Assembly: GCA_051362555.1 (NCBI GenBank)
Contig: CM120641.1
Coordinates: 16,864,001 to 16,928,000, forward strand
Reading direction: 5' to 3'
Source: Lingula anatina
Taxonomy: Eukaryota > Animalia > Brachiopoda
Length of the DNA: 64,000 bases
Shown piece by piece: positions 40,382 through 52,395 of this stretch; within the stretch, counting starts at the first letter, position 1, and the number at the start of each line of letters is the position of its first letter. The notes under the pieces are model-generated. The model did no database searches. It was not told the DNA's origin and worked only from the letters and a program-made list of their open reading frames with translations. Both the position numbers and the translations under genes were made by a program.

Positions 40382-43300
40382 TTAAAAGCCCACATAATAG
40401 CTTTTCTCGCAGATGAAACCCCGCGTACTATCACAATCTGCAGTGGTGAGACGGCCGTTGGAGCGTACGTGCACGCAGTGCCCACCACCATGTGCCTCAA
40501 CGGATTGGTTTACAGGAAGCCCAATTCCAGCCCAGACAAAATCACCACGTGAAATGAAGTCGTTGCCACTTGACCAATAAGCTGCATTTGGGGACTCTGA
40601 AAACAATTTAACATGCTTCAGACACTTTATCGGTAGAGAACATTGAATTGCGTTTTTTACTGGAATATAACTTTATCCGATTTGTAAAACAAAAATAACG
40701 AAATCTCATGAAATGTTACCGTAAGATAAATGACTTAAGGTCCAAATAAAAGATTCTAGAATTCTAATTAGATATAGTTATAAACGCTACCAAGATGATC
40801 TTTTCTAGAACAAAAAAATACTGAACTATGAGCGTTAGCAAAATGATAATGACGATAATAATATCCTTAGAAAATTCAACGCTTTTACTATAAACTGAGG
40901 AACACCACATACAAACCCGCTTACAAAATAATGATCATTAAGACCGTTTTTGATTTGAATGTTTCCTTTTTTGGTCACTCTCGTAATGGAGGTTTAAGCT
41001 GATGAATTTTACTCGTTACAGTAAAAGCAGATACACAGAACTCTTAAACAATTTATAGATTTTAACTTTGCAACATACCTTGGCGATTGAGGAAAATTGT
41101 TAAAATCTAAAACGACTTTTTACTATGGGTGTTCTAAATGTTTGTTTTTGCAGATTTTTTCATTTTCCTTTACTGTGTACTCCAAAGGCCAGTTTTTCTT
41201 AAAACAATGTCCGCAATTACAACACATTCACATTTCAATATTCGTTTCTTCACACACTGAAAAGACCCCGTATAAGATAACATGGGATATTATTTCTTTC
41301 GAGCAGGGCTTTTCCCAGCGAACCGTCCAGACCGTCATTTGGACGGCCGCTGACATCACCGAACGTACCAAGTCTAGTCCTAGTAATCAGGGGCGGATTT
41401 AGGCCGTCTTCTGGGTCTTCCGGAAGACGGTCAGATTTTCAAGTTTACATTGTCAGCCATCTAATGTTTTCTGTCGGAAGACGGTCAAAAATGGAGGATG
41501 GATCAACAAAGATAATTTGGAAGACTGTCAGAAAATATCTCTGGATCCGCCCCTGTTAAGTTGAATAATACTTTTCACATCTTCAGCGGGAGATCGTTCG
41601 CGATCAGTGAGAGACGAAAAGCAATTTTCATATTCGTTCAAGGGCGCCGTTAGCAGAAGATCGTCAGCAGGAGATCGTTCGCAATCCGAGCGAGACGAAA
41701 AAGCAATTTTCATATTCACTCCAAGGATCATTATCGCCCCCTAATTAATTTATATATTTTTCACATTTTATTTCTAACCCCCCCCCCTCCTCCCCATTCA
41801 CGGTAAAGTTGGAATCCCTGAAATTTTGCAGGAAATTACAGATGGTATTATTTTGGACGGCCTGTAACCCCAATCCTGGGAAAATCTCTGCTTTCGAGAA
41901 AAATATGTGAAGGAAAAACCACGGTGCCCTATCATTTAAAAAGGATACCCATCGGACCAACCTATTGGTTTTTGAACAATCTGCACACCTATTGCTCACC
42001 TGAGTTGTCCATGAGAATCCCAAGTTCATCGTGTTCCTCTAATGAGTCTACTGACACCAGTCTGGCTCCATACCTTTCGGCACAGAACACATCTGCATCC
42101 GCCCATGACATTTCTTTCGTGATCAGCCGATGGCAGGTCTGGAGGGAATGTTGCTTTACGAAACATGCCGGACATCGTTCTATAACATAGAGCGGGTGGT
42201 AGTTTAACACAGTTGCTTGACTTTTGTTATCATGCACCCCATTTCCATAGATTAGATCGACCTATTTTAGATCGACCTAACTCCCTGGGGGTTCACGCTA
42301 AATAGCTGTCAGCCGGGCGGACACGAAAGTTAATTACCCCTTACAGCTTGTAGTAGGCGGGGACGGACACTTAAGGGGGATTATCCGACAGTAATCTAGT
42401 GAGACTCCCCGCGGTGATAGATCGATCTAAAGTTGTTTGAATAGAGCCATGGTTTTTGCTACATGATGCGTAATGCTTTGTGACATAGGATTTTATTTAA
42501 ATAGACTGTTTTTTCAAGGGAACTGCTTTTTTTACAAGAGATTTACGAACTGTTACAATAGTCTAATAAATGTTTAACTTACCTTCACACTCAGCCGAAT
42601 TTTCATAAACTATTTCTGGGCACTCGTCCAAAACTGTGAAAAATATTTACTAGTTAGGAACAGATATGTCTACCCGTATGTATGATATAAGGTAAGATTT
42701 AAAATAGAGTAGAGATTGGCAAGTGGATACAAATTCAGCTGGAAGGACATATCAAAATCTTAACATCACTGGTGTATTAAAAATGCCAACTACAGAATTA
42801 TTCACAGAACCTCATCTTTAGTTTGTTTTCTTTTAAGCTAAGAAAAACCAGCCATATGTACTCACAGCAAAGAATATTGCCTTAAGACATTTAACAGAAA
42901 CTTAATATACATGTACTGGTAACTTCACAAATGTTTGCATTTAATACCTCTAGATCTTATTCTTTAAATCAAAGGAAAAAAAATCAAATCGAATGGACTA
43001 CAAAGAATATTCCATAGAAGCATGGAAATAAAAACCTACCTATAGTTTCACAGATTTTGTCAAAGAAACTTTTGTCCTCCTGCAACAAGGTATCCACACT
43101 TCCCACTGTTATCATGTTTAAGTCATGGGGTTCCGATGCTATTGCCTCCAAATTTTTCCGTTTTATTAAAAAGAAATCGATATGAAAGTTTAACATTTTC
43201 TGAGCACCGAATGAGACGTTGGGGTCAAAGTAGTGACTTTTTAATTATAACTTATTTTCAAAACAAATTAATGACAACATGGGCTAACGGTGTAAAAAGA

Positions 43301-44794
43301 ATGTGTGTATCTGTACAATGTGTGCGTGTTTGGGAGCAAGAAAGGTTAACAATTAAAAAAAGTATAAACCTTTTGGCGTTTTGTCCCACTCCTACAACCA
43401 TAATGGTGATGTTGTCTTGTTTGGCTGCATTAGCATTGGGTATAGTGAATTCTTCATCTTCATTTGGTTTTCCGTCCGTAATGACAATGGCAACCTTTGG
43501 GACGCCTTGGCGAGCGCCATTGGCAGGGTTAAAGATCTCATTTCTCATCACGTACAGGCCTCCAGATGTGTTGGTGCGCTTCCCTTGCCTGATACCGTTC
43601 TCTCCAGATAAATCCTCATCGATAAATTCTTTCATACGTTCCTTTTCTAAAGAGAGAGGATCAAATAAGCCAAAATGCTGGCCAAAGACGATGTAAATGT
43701 TAAATGCTAAGAAACAATTATATGTATATGCAGTACAGCATTTTGATCCTACAATAAAATCATTGTGGAATATTCAAATTTGAGACCAGTTTGTTACTTC
43801 ACATTTTAAGAATTTTCTAATTTTAAGGTTTATTTCGCTTACCGTGAAACCTGTTAAAAAGCATGTCAGTCTGAGCAGTTAAACTGAAGTGAACGATTCC
43901 CAATTGAACTTTTTCAGGTCCAATTTCTACTGTGTCAACAAAATCCGAAACAAATCGTAACACTTGCTTGAATTTATTTTTCGGGATGCTGTTTGATGCA
44001 TCCAACACGAATGCCACATCTGCCACTGGTGATGGTGTGCATACTGCAAAACACAATGTCATGCGTTTACTCAAATTGTAATTACTGCAAATTTACTTGT
44101 AGCATATACAGCATGTATGAAATATAACGCAGAATTTATCAAAACTTAATAAATATCAAACAGCAAACGAAATGTCAATGATACCAAAATTTTTGTCACA
44201 AATTTAATTTAAAAACATATCACTCACATGAAATATTTCGACTGCTCGGAACTACCCCCCCCCCCCCCAAGTGCCATCACGTGTGTCACTGAGGCTGATG
44301 AAAATGGCCAGTTGCACGTCGAAATATTACATGTGAGTGATAAGCTTTTATTAAGTTTGTGACAAAAGGGCTTTTGATCTCTATCATCAACTAAACGGCG
44401 AAACTTTTTAAAGATACCAAGGACACACAAGCTCTGCAATAACTAATCCAAAGTACTAAGTCTTTAAGGACTTATTTTACTTTTTGTCCTTTGTTTTTTT
44501 AAAGGTGTTATTTCTATTTATAAGAAAAAAATACATAAAAACTGAAAGTTATATTAACTTATAACTATTTCTTCTATCTCCAAGTAGATAGTACCTCCAC
44601 GGTGATTGTTGTAAAAATAATCTTCTTTTTCTTTACAACTTTGATTTCTTTACTTCATTTATTTATTATCATTATTATTATTTTGCTACAAAAACTTTCT
44701 TACTCTGTTTGGTCCTTCTTTTCCACCTGCCCTCTGAGTAGGCGCATTGCATGAGAGCTGCAAACACAGCCACGGCTATCATAAGATATTTCAT
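40382..44794 (-). CDS. Secreted von Willebrand factor A + C-type lectin domain protein, 7 exons
   Basis: Signal peptide MKYLMIAVAVFAALMQCAYS. VWA with MIDAS DVAFVLDASNS, TNTSGGL and VAIVITDG. CTLD with CHRLI..MSWADADVFC..GARLVSV, YWSSG, FVW, C..V, DC and GFICEK. One acceptor appears non-canonical (see findings). Confidence 0.88.
41304..41890. mobile_element. Non-autonomous hAT element (8-bp TSD) carrying a nested family B MITE
   Basis: TIR CAGGGCTTTTCCCAG / CTGGGAAAATCTCTG with a perfect CTTTCGAG TSD at 41296-41303 and 41891-41898. Internal ~50-bp direct repeat at about 41585 and 41665. Confidence 0.88.
41388..41555 (-). mobile_element. MITE family B copy (nested)
   Basis: Reverse complement of 35938-36105. 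Confidence 0.9.
42236..42432. mobile_element. MITE family A copy 3 (inverted, one end truncated)
   Basis: CTAACTCCCTGGGGGTTCACGCTAAAT...TAATTACCCCTTACAGCTT is the reverse complement of family A. Confidence 0.85.
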
Positions 44795-44854
44795 CTTGTG
44801 CTGGACAGTGGAACTTATTCAAGCTTCAGGCTGGAGACTGGCAAATGCCAGCTA

Positions 44855-44862
44855 TTTATATA
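44855..44862 (-). promoter_or_regulatory. TATA box of the VWA-lectin gene
   Basis: TATATAAA on the minus strand about 60 nt upstream of the ATG at 44794. Confidence 0.65.
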
Positions 44863-45224
44863 GGTTTAGCAAAACGGGTTTAAATTAATGATACCAGTGT
44901 CTTCTTTCACTTATGGTGCTGATATAATCCTCTTAATAAAAAAACACCTGTGATGAATGAATGTTTTATTATTTAAATGTCTATTTTCTCCAACAAAGGA
45001 TATATATTTATTCTCTTTATAGAACCTTGCAGGCAGCTGCTGATGGAAAGTCGAATATTTTTAATCCATTTAACATACATTAAGTTGTCCAGATTCAGGT
45101 GAAATGCTCTCAGATAATCTTTTAAAAACTATCTGATGTAATATATGTGTGGGCGACCACAGAAGTAAAAAAAAAAAAAAAAAAAATACTGAATCCTATC
45201 ATTTCCTTTGCATTGGCTTATTTT

Positions 45225-45487
45225 AGGTTGTGTTCAGATTAAAAGTTATCAGTCCAGCAGGATCTATCTTTCTCTGCTGGGATTACGCTTCAGAGCACTC
45301 AATGTAATCAACGTAATTGTCTGGCCTGTCCTCTTCAGAAGCTAGGGGGTAATTATCTTTTGAAGCTTCTGGAGGGGGCGGACCAGACAATTAATTTGAT
45401 TACATTGAGTACACTGAAGAATAATCCCAACATATCTGAGATCGATTAATCCTGCTGAACTGATAACTTTTAATCTGAACACAGCCT
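45225..45487. mobile_element. Palindromic Harbinger-like MITE
   Basis: TIR AGGTTGTGTTCAGATTAAAAGTTATCAGT / ACTGATAACTTTTAATCTGAACACAGCCT; folds back over nearly its full length. Confidence 0.88.
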
Positions 45488-45597
45488 TGTGGGGTGGGAT
45501 TTAGTCTGTAACTTCATTCATTTTACACATCTTTTCATTTGCTTAAGATTTTTTTTCGTTCCTTTGTATGGAACCATTCACATAAAATGATGTATTA

Positions 45598-45823
45598 GAC
45601 CCCATTCCCATAGATTTTAGATCGATCTATCCCTGTGGAGAGTCTCATTAGATTACTTTCAGCTTAGCCGGCTTAAGCGTCTGTCCTGCCTATTAAAAGC
45701 TGTAAGGGGGTAATTAACTGTGGTGCACGCTCGGTTGACTGCAATTTAGCGTGAACCCCCAGGGAGTTGGGTTGATCTAAATCTAAATCTCTGGATTGAT
45801 CTAAATCTCTGGGAATGAACCCT
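45598..45823. mobile_element. MITE family A copy 4
   Basis: Homologous to the other family A copies. Confidence 0.88.
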
Positions 45824-45873
45824 TAGAGCACATCTATTTTGTGAATATGGGCTCCATCAGTTTGGTTGACATG

Positions 45874-46070
45874 GAGTGCATTCCCATAGATTTTTAGATC
45901 AATCTATCCCCGTGGGGAGTCTCACTAGATAGTTGTCAGCCTGACCGGCTTAAATGTCTGTCCCGCCTACTAAAAGCTGTAAGGGGGTAATTAACTTTTG
46001 TGTGCTCTTGGAACCTGACAGCAATTTAGCGTGAACCCCCAAGGAAATCTAAATCTATGGGAACCCAGTC
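45874..46070. mobile_element. MITE family A copy 5
   Basis: Homologous to the other family A copies, with an internal deletion near the right end. Confidence 0.88.
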
Positions 46071-46155
46071 AAAGTTCTTGTTTATCAAGAATGAAGCATG
46101 AACATTTTCAGCAACATAGAAAAAGGTGTTAATTGACATCTCATAGACTACATTT

Positions 46156-46233
46156 CAAAATATAAAACCAACAGGCAGAATTACCTTTACCTATCTTCAC
46201 TGCAGTAATTCTGCCTGTTGGTTTTATATTTTG
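46156..46233. repeat. Perfect 29-bp inverted repeat with 20-nt spacer
   Basis: CAAAATATAAAACCAACAGGCAGAATTAC at 46156-46184 and its exact reverse complement at 46205-46233. Confidence 0.95.
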
Positions 46234-47406
46234 TCTTGATGTTTAGATGATGTTTCTGATCAGCATTAAGTTGACTTAGTAACATTTCTTCAATTTTTTC
46301 AAGATTGAACCAGGCCACTTCTTATAAACTAGGTGTTATTAAAGATAAGGTGCTTTGGTAAAACAAAATTACTACTTATTTTGTCTTTAAAATTCTGTTT
46401 GCATCTGAAGTAAGGAGTGTTCAAGAATTGAGAGTAATATGGTCTCGACATTTGTTTGTTAAATATTTATCAACTTTTTTGGGACATATGTTGGATGTCT
46501 TTTGGACTTCTGTGAAATAAAAAACATTACAGTTCTTTACTTTAAGCATCTTAAAGACTGCCTATGCCCCGCATTCTTCATAAATACATCCAGCCTCCAG
46601 CAAAATTACCTCTACAAATACTTCAATTGGTAATGAAGTTTTTTCTACAAATATTGTTGTCTAATTAGTTTTCAGAACACAATAAAATGTGCAAAGAACA
46701 TGCCCACATCACAAAGTTGATAATCTGCTTGGTTATTTGCTTGCTTGATTAAATGCTTTAATTATTCAGACCCAGGGATTTTAGAAGATGAGATTAATTA
46801 TCTGTCTCGAATGAGGTTAACATGCATAGCAGTCTGCCAACATGTACATTTACTGGTAATAAAGTTGATGGTATACTGTACCTGTTTTATGTCTACAAAT
46901 TCTGCAAACTTTAAGTTAGCTAATAAACTTTTCAATTCATACCTTTTAAAGTCAGTAATTTACTATTAGAAATTGTATAAAAACATCAAATCCAAGGGTA
47001 GGCTGGAACAGTTTGAGCAATGATTTGTGAGTCAGATAAAATTGCTTCTTTTTCAGGGAGAATTTGATTTGGAGGGAAAATCCAACACATATATACACAT
47101 ACTTCTGAGCAACCAGTCTTTTCTGTCAGTGTCTGAAAGTTCTTTGTCATTCTAATTCCCAGAACCAAATAATGGCATTTAAATTTCTAATCTAAAATCT
47201 TTTATCTCCAGAAAAGTAATGAGTAGAATAATAATGAAACAGTTATGAAGCAGTCAAATGCAAAAAATTGTAGTAAATATGTTTAGTGTTTATTCTCGTG
47301 AAAAATCTCTTGCCAGACTAGTCTGCCAAGAGAGACAGTATTGACATATTTTTTCAATGGAGAAAATTGAATTTTACAGATACTGTATTTTTTAAAGCGA
47401 TGGATT

Positions 47407-47409
<3 letters not shown>

Positions 47410-47464
<55 letters not shown>
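47410..47464. repeat. (AT)n microsatellite
   Basis: Directly visible. Confidence 0.95.
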
Positions 47465-47467
<3 letters not shown>

Positions 47468-48227
47468 GAATTGATCTTTTTAATGGGAAAAATATCAATA
47501 TTTCAAATAAAGATTAATACATTACTGTACACATAATTAAGTCTCAGAATGACTGCAGTTACATCAAGCTTGTGATTTAAAAGCAAAGTTAACAAGGAAA
47601 TAAATTCCTTCATTACAATTCATGATATATATAAAAAATACAAGGAAATTGACACAGAAGTGCCATTAATAGAAAATGTATGTTACATAAACATTGCATA
47701 TGGCAGATAATTGTTTGAAAAAGTGAATAATACAACTTGAGCAATATGGTGTGCCTTCAGGAAGTTTGTCTCCCAGTTGAGCAATTTAAATATTGAAAAA
47801 GATTGTTTGGAAAGACACACAGATTCCAAGAATCTTATCATTCTCTTTTTCTACCTAATACATGTATGTGTGATTCTACCAGTATAACCACTGTCAAAGG
47901 CTGTAAACAACCAGTGACACCTACACCCAAAAAATATCTACATTTCAGAATTATGCTGCATATAATTAAAATACAGTTACTCACAATACATAGAAAGTTT
48001 GGATATTTTTTTGATAAATCTTTTACAAAAAAAAAAGTTAATCTATTTAGATTGTCATAGTATCTTTTTCAATGGCTGCAAACCATTTAAAAGACAATTT
48101 TTGATTGATTTAATTTCTTGACCAATGAATAATGATAATAATTCACTTGTATTTTTAAATGTCCATGCTCATGCACTAGGCCAGTTGTAAGTGTCCAAAA
48201 TTGGTCTTCAGCTCTTCAGTCAGTCCT

Positions 48228-51200
48228 CTAAAATGCACTGCCTTTTGCCAACTGACGTCCATGAATAGAATTTAGAGAGCGCAACTCAACTGTAAAATAA
48301 AAAAAAGGAATATTATAACTCATCAACACCAAATATATTCAGCCAAAATGAATGAGCCAAGAAGTTCATCACTCAGTCAATTCAATGCAAAAGTCAACAC
48401 ATTTTCACATGCATGAAGAAAGCAGACTGAAATAACTTTGCTATAAAGCACTGATTTTCAAAGAAAACACTACTAGAGGTAAGATTAGTTGTTTTTCATT
48501 TTTATTAATTGTTAATAAATTTTGGAATAACTATCAGGTCTTCTTAATGGAAGTCAAATCAAACATTAATGATGACAAAATCATCAATTTTTCATTCCAA
48601 CCAGTGAACTACCATAATGCCATACTGGTGGTTATTATAAAATGACGATGATTACCTGCATTGCTTGTGTTTACTTAAATTAAATTAAGGTAGGGATCTA
48701 TTTGCACCAAACACAGTTGAATCAGATACTGATTACATTTTCCATATTTGTACTTTAATGTTTACTGTCAACCCTCTTATTTTATTTAATCCAAAAATTA
48801 CGTTCAAACTTGTTATTTAATCATTTCTTAAAATCTAGATCACCATCTGTTAATCAGTCTGATCCATATAAGGTTCCATGTACCACCTAAAATTTCAGTT
48901 ATGCTTTAATTTCTCATGGACTAATGTATAGATGATTTAATATAATTATCCTTTATTTGATTCACATAAATCTTATCATTGACAAAACATGCTTTATTTT
49001 GAAAAAATTACTTCCTCTGACTTAATCAAATCATGTTATTTAAAGGCACGCTTATACTCCACTACATTCATCAATTTTCAAATAAAAAACAAAACAATAA
49101 AACACCTCAGTGACATCACCCATGCAATTGACATTTTTTTCAATTAACCAGTAACAAGCATTATGAACTTAAAAAGCCAACCAGTGAAACAGGACAACCG
49201 ATAGTTTTGTTAAATGCTTTACCTAAAATGTGAAACATGTCTGTCGTCCTGAAGAAAGGCAGTAAAAATATGGATAAGATTAATTCAAGTGGTTTATATC
49301 ATGCCTCCTATATTCATATACGGGAAACAGTTTATAAAAGCAATTTCCAACACCTTGAATAGATGCTGAAATCTAAACTGAAACACAACTGAACAATTCT
49401 TATGCATTTAAAATTTTAACTGCCTAATTAATAAAAAGAGTAAAGAGATAAATGAGTGGTGACTGCTGCTTATAGCTGCTGCTGTTAGATCCTACTGTAT
49501 GAGTATGTATTTGTTTCTATTCAACTGCACAGTGTCTGTAAGTTCCAAGGTGATGTCTTGTACACTAAACCTATGTCTGATATATGTGTGAGGAAAGCAT
49601 CATGATTAGAGCAGCTTAAGTGCAGAGCTGAAACAAGTGCATTGGTTAATATATAAAAATTCCTGGGAACAAATCTGTGATTTGCAAATACACACTTGTG
49701 TCTGCATGGTAGCTTATTTCAGTTTCCAACATAATTATCTTGTAAATTTGTAAAGTGAATATTTCAAAAGTCATGTTAACTAAGTCTTGGGATCGCAGGT
49801 TGCAGACTGAATCTTTAAATTTAAAGATAACAGCAGCATTTTCATATTTTAATTGTTATTATTATTTTCATGAATGAAAACCAAATAGATTGCCAAATGT
49901 ATAACAAATACCAAATCTGACATACAAGTGTGTACGGCACATGACAGTTCTCCTTGTAACAAACACATTACTCAGTATACCATTTAGACTACTAATGCTA
50001 CTCCATGCTGTCAGAAATGTCTAGAGAAAGACAATGCAGATTCTGCCATTCCCATGGGATAGTGACCATCATTTGCTGAAAATCAAAGTTAATCAATTCA
50101 ATCTATCTCCAGAAATCAACTACATGAAGATTAACTCAACACTTCAATGCATGGAATGCTTTTTTTTTTTACTAAACTTGTCTATGATTCAAACATTGAA
50201 CACCATGCAGACTGAAAATTTTAACATTAATATTTCATGTTTTCTATGTTATTCTTCTTTTCTATAAATAAATTAGTGCCTGTCAGAGCAAATACTTCAT
50301 ATAATAGGCTAGAAATCCAAATAATATTTTCTTGTGTTAATTAATCCAAAATATTGTGTGATTGCTACAGGAGTTATTTTGTGAGCGAATTTAACTGTAA
50401 TAGCCAGCAGGTACTGATCCCAAATGCTTTTGGTGAGACATTCAAACATCAACCAAATGGACTGGACCTTTTAATATTACTTCCTATATATTCTCCAAAA
50501 AATTTGCCTTCACCATAAAGACTTAGTACTGGATGCAAGAAATACAGAAAAATGGATTTTTCCAGTTGCTATGGCAAATGCTCTCTCTAATCCTTAATTC
50601 AGTTAATTCCCATATCTAATTAAGGCTTTTCAGGTGAAAAGGATATTTCTCTAAAATTATTATTATACCAAATTCTTTCAAATAGAGATGATACTTTCCA
50701 GTTAAGCATAATGTTTAAGCATGTGAAATACGTATTGAGTAAGGTGACTCAAATGTGTAAAGCACAAACAAAATACAAAATAAAAATACTTACGCGGATT
50801 TGTGGGTTTCTTCTCCTCATACCAGTACTTGTAACCTTTCTTTGCTCTTTGATTAAAAGATGTGTTCAGTATGTTTGCTTTTCTAGTACCAGGTGCTGTC
50901 ATAGCTCTGAGGGTGTAGTAATGGCTGTCCATAGTGTCAGGGTAAGACAACTCCCACCCAAATGGAGGATTTCTACTGGCATCTTTCTGCTTAACAACTC
51001 CTGCAGAAAACAAAGGTAAACAAATTTTCATTATGAAATTATTTAATCAAATTAAATTCTTAATTACATTTTAAATTTAGCTATTAAGGTTTTATAGAAA
51101 ATGACAAGAGAATTTCTGATATCTGCTGAACAAGATATCAATATAAACTACTGCATAATTTTCATACCATTCACCACAAGGATAAAGAAAACCAATTTAT

Positions 51201-52395
51201 GTTTAAAAAATACACCTTGGTAACTGTTCACATGTACTGACCATCAACAAACATAATGTGGTTCCCTCCATAACCTGTAGTTTCTTTAATATGCCTCCAT
51301 GGACCTCCAGCTCGGCCATAACGAAACCTGGAAACAGACATTTTTAATATACAATATGCTGTCATGTAGTGCTGCTGCTAAGTATAATGCAAACTTCTAT
51401 TCAATCATGTGACTATAGATTTGAAAAGGTGTGCAAAGGAAAAAATATGTTTTTATTAAAATGAAAAAAAGGAAATATTTTTAATGCAGATGTAAGAAAA
51501 AAACTGGAAATCTGTCTTATGAGTAGAAGCTAAATTTTATGTAAGGACTGTTGACAACATGTAATGTTAAAAACCAAAAAGCTGCCCAACTTGATGTATT
51601 CTCTGATTCATAATCATCCACTTTAGGAGGTTTATCATGATGTACCTTGGGGGTCCTGTGAACGCCTCTCTCTGGCTTAATGCAGTCAACTGTTTGCTGT
51701 AACTGTTTCCATAGCTTGTGTCATATGAATTTAAGTGTGGATCTCCATGGATGTTGGGGAAGAAATCTGGAATTCTTGTACTGGCTGGTCTACGGCCCTG
51801 ATATACAGTTTATATCAAACCAATTAATCAAAGTGGGTCATAACTATTATTAAAATTTCAACAATTTTAATGTCTTAGTACATGTGACTTACGCAATGTG
51901 CTTGAAGAATGAAGTTATTTTAATGACTTTGAATTGTTATATACAATGGCAAAATATTGACTTTTAGAACAACAAATGACAAGAGAAGAAATACGTTGAA
52001 CAAAGGAAATTGTCTAAATTATTGAAACGTGTCACACTTCCTTTCCAAAATCAATAGTTCTCTTCAATTCCACACCACATATACAACTTGGTTCCATTAA
52101 TTTGATAACCTGTAAGCCACACTTTTTCATTTGGCCGATTGCAAACTTGGTGATTATCTGTCAGTGAGTTTTCATCACCATCATTATCATTATAATTCAT
52201 TTATTTCTTTTTTTACTATTATTATTATTATTTTTTTTTTTTGGGGGGGGGGGGGGGGGAGTCCAAGGCAAGCTATTTACTCAAACTAAGTAGCCCTGTT
52301 AAATGTTTTGCTCTTCTACTGATCAATCAATATTAATACTCACCGAGTTATAGTGACTGGCATACTCTGAACTGGTAACAACTGGATTCCAGCTC
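48228..52395 (-). CDS. Uncharacterised protein, at least ~185 aa; exons 52344-52395, 51646-51797, 51242-51327, 50794-51000, 48228-48289; N-terminus not located
   Basis: Five phase-compatible GT-AG exons: SWNPVVTSSEYASHYNS|GRRPASTRIPDFFPNIHGDPHLNSYDTSYGNSY...PPR|FRYGRAGGPWRHIKETTGYGGNHIMFVD|GVVKQKD...KPTNP|LELRSLNSIHGRQLAKGSAF*. Confidence 0.75.

Noticed and set aside
41581-41720. Spaced direct repeats resembling a CRISPR array
   Set aside because: Only two units, inside a hAT element in eukaryotic DNA, with no cas genes.
43136-43696. 186-aa + strand ORF
   Set aside because: Antisense shadow of the VWA exons.
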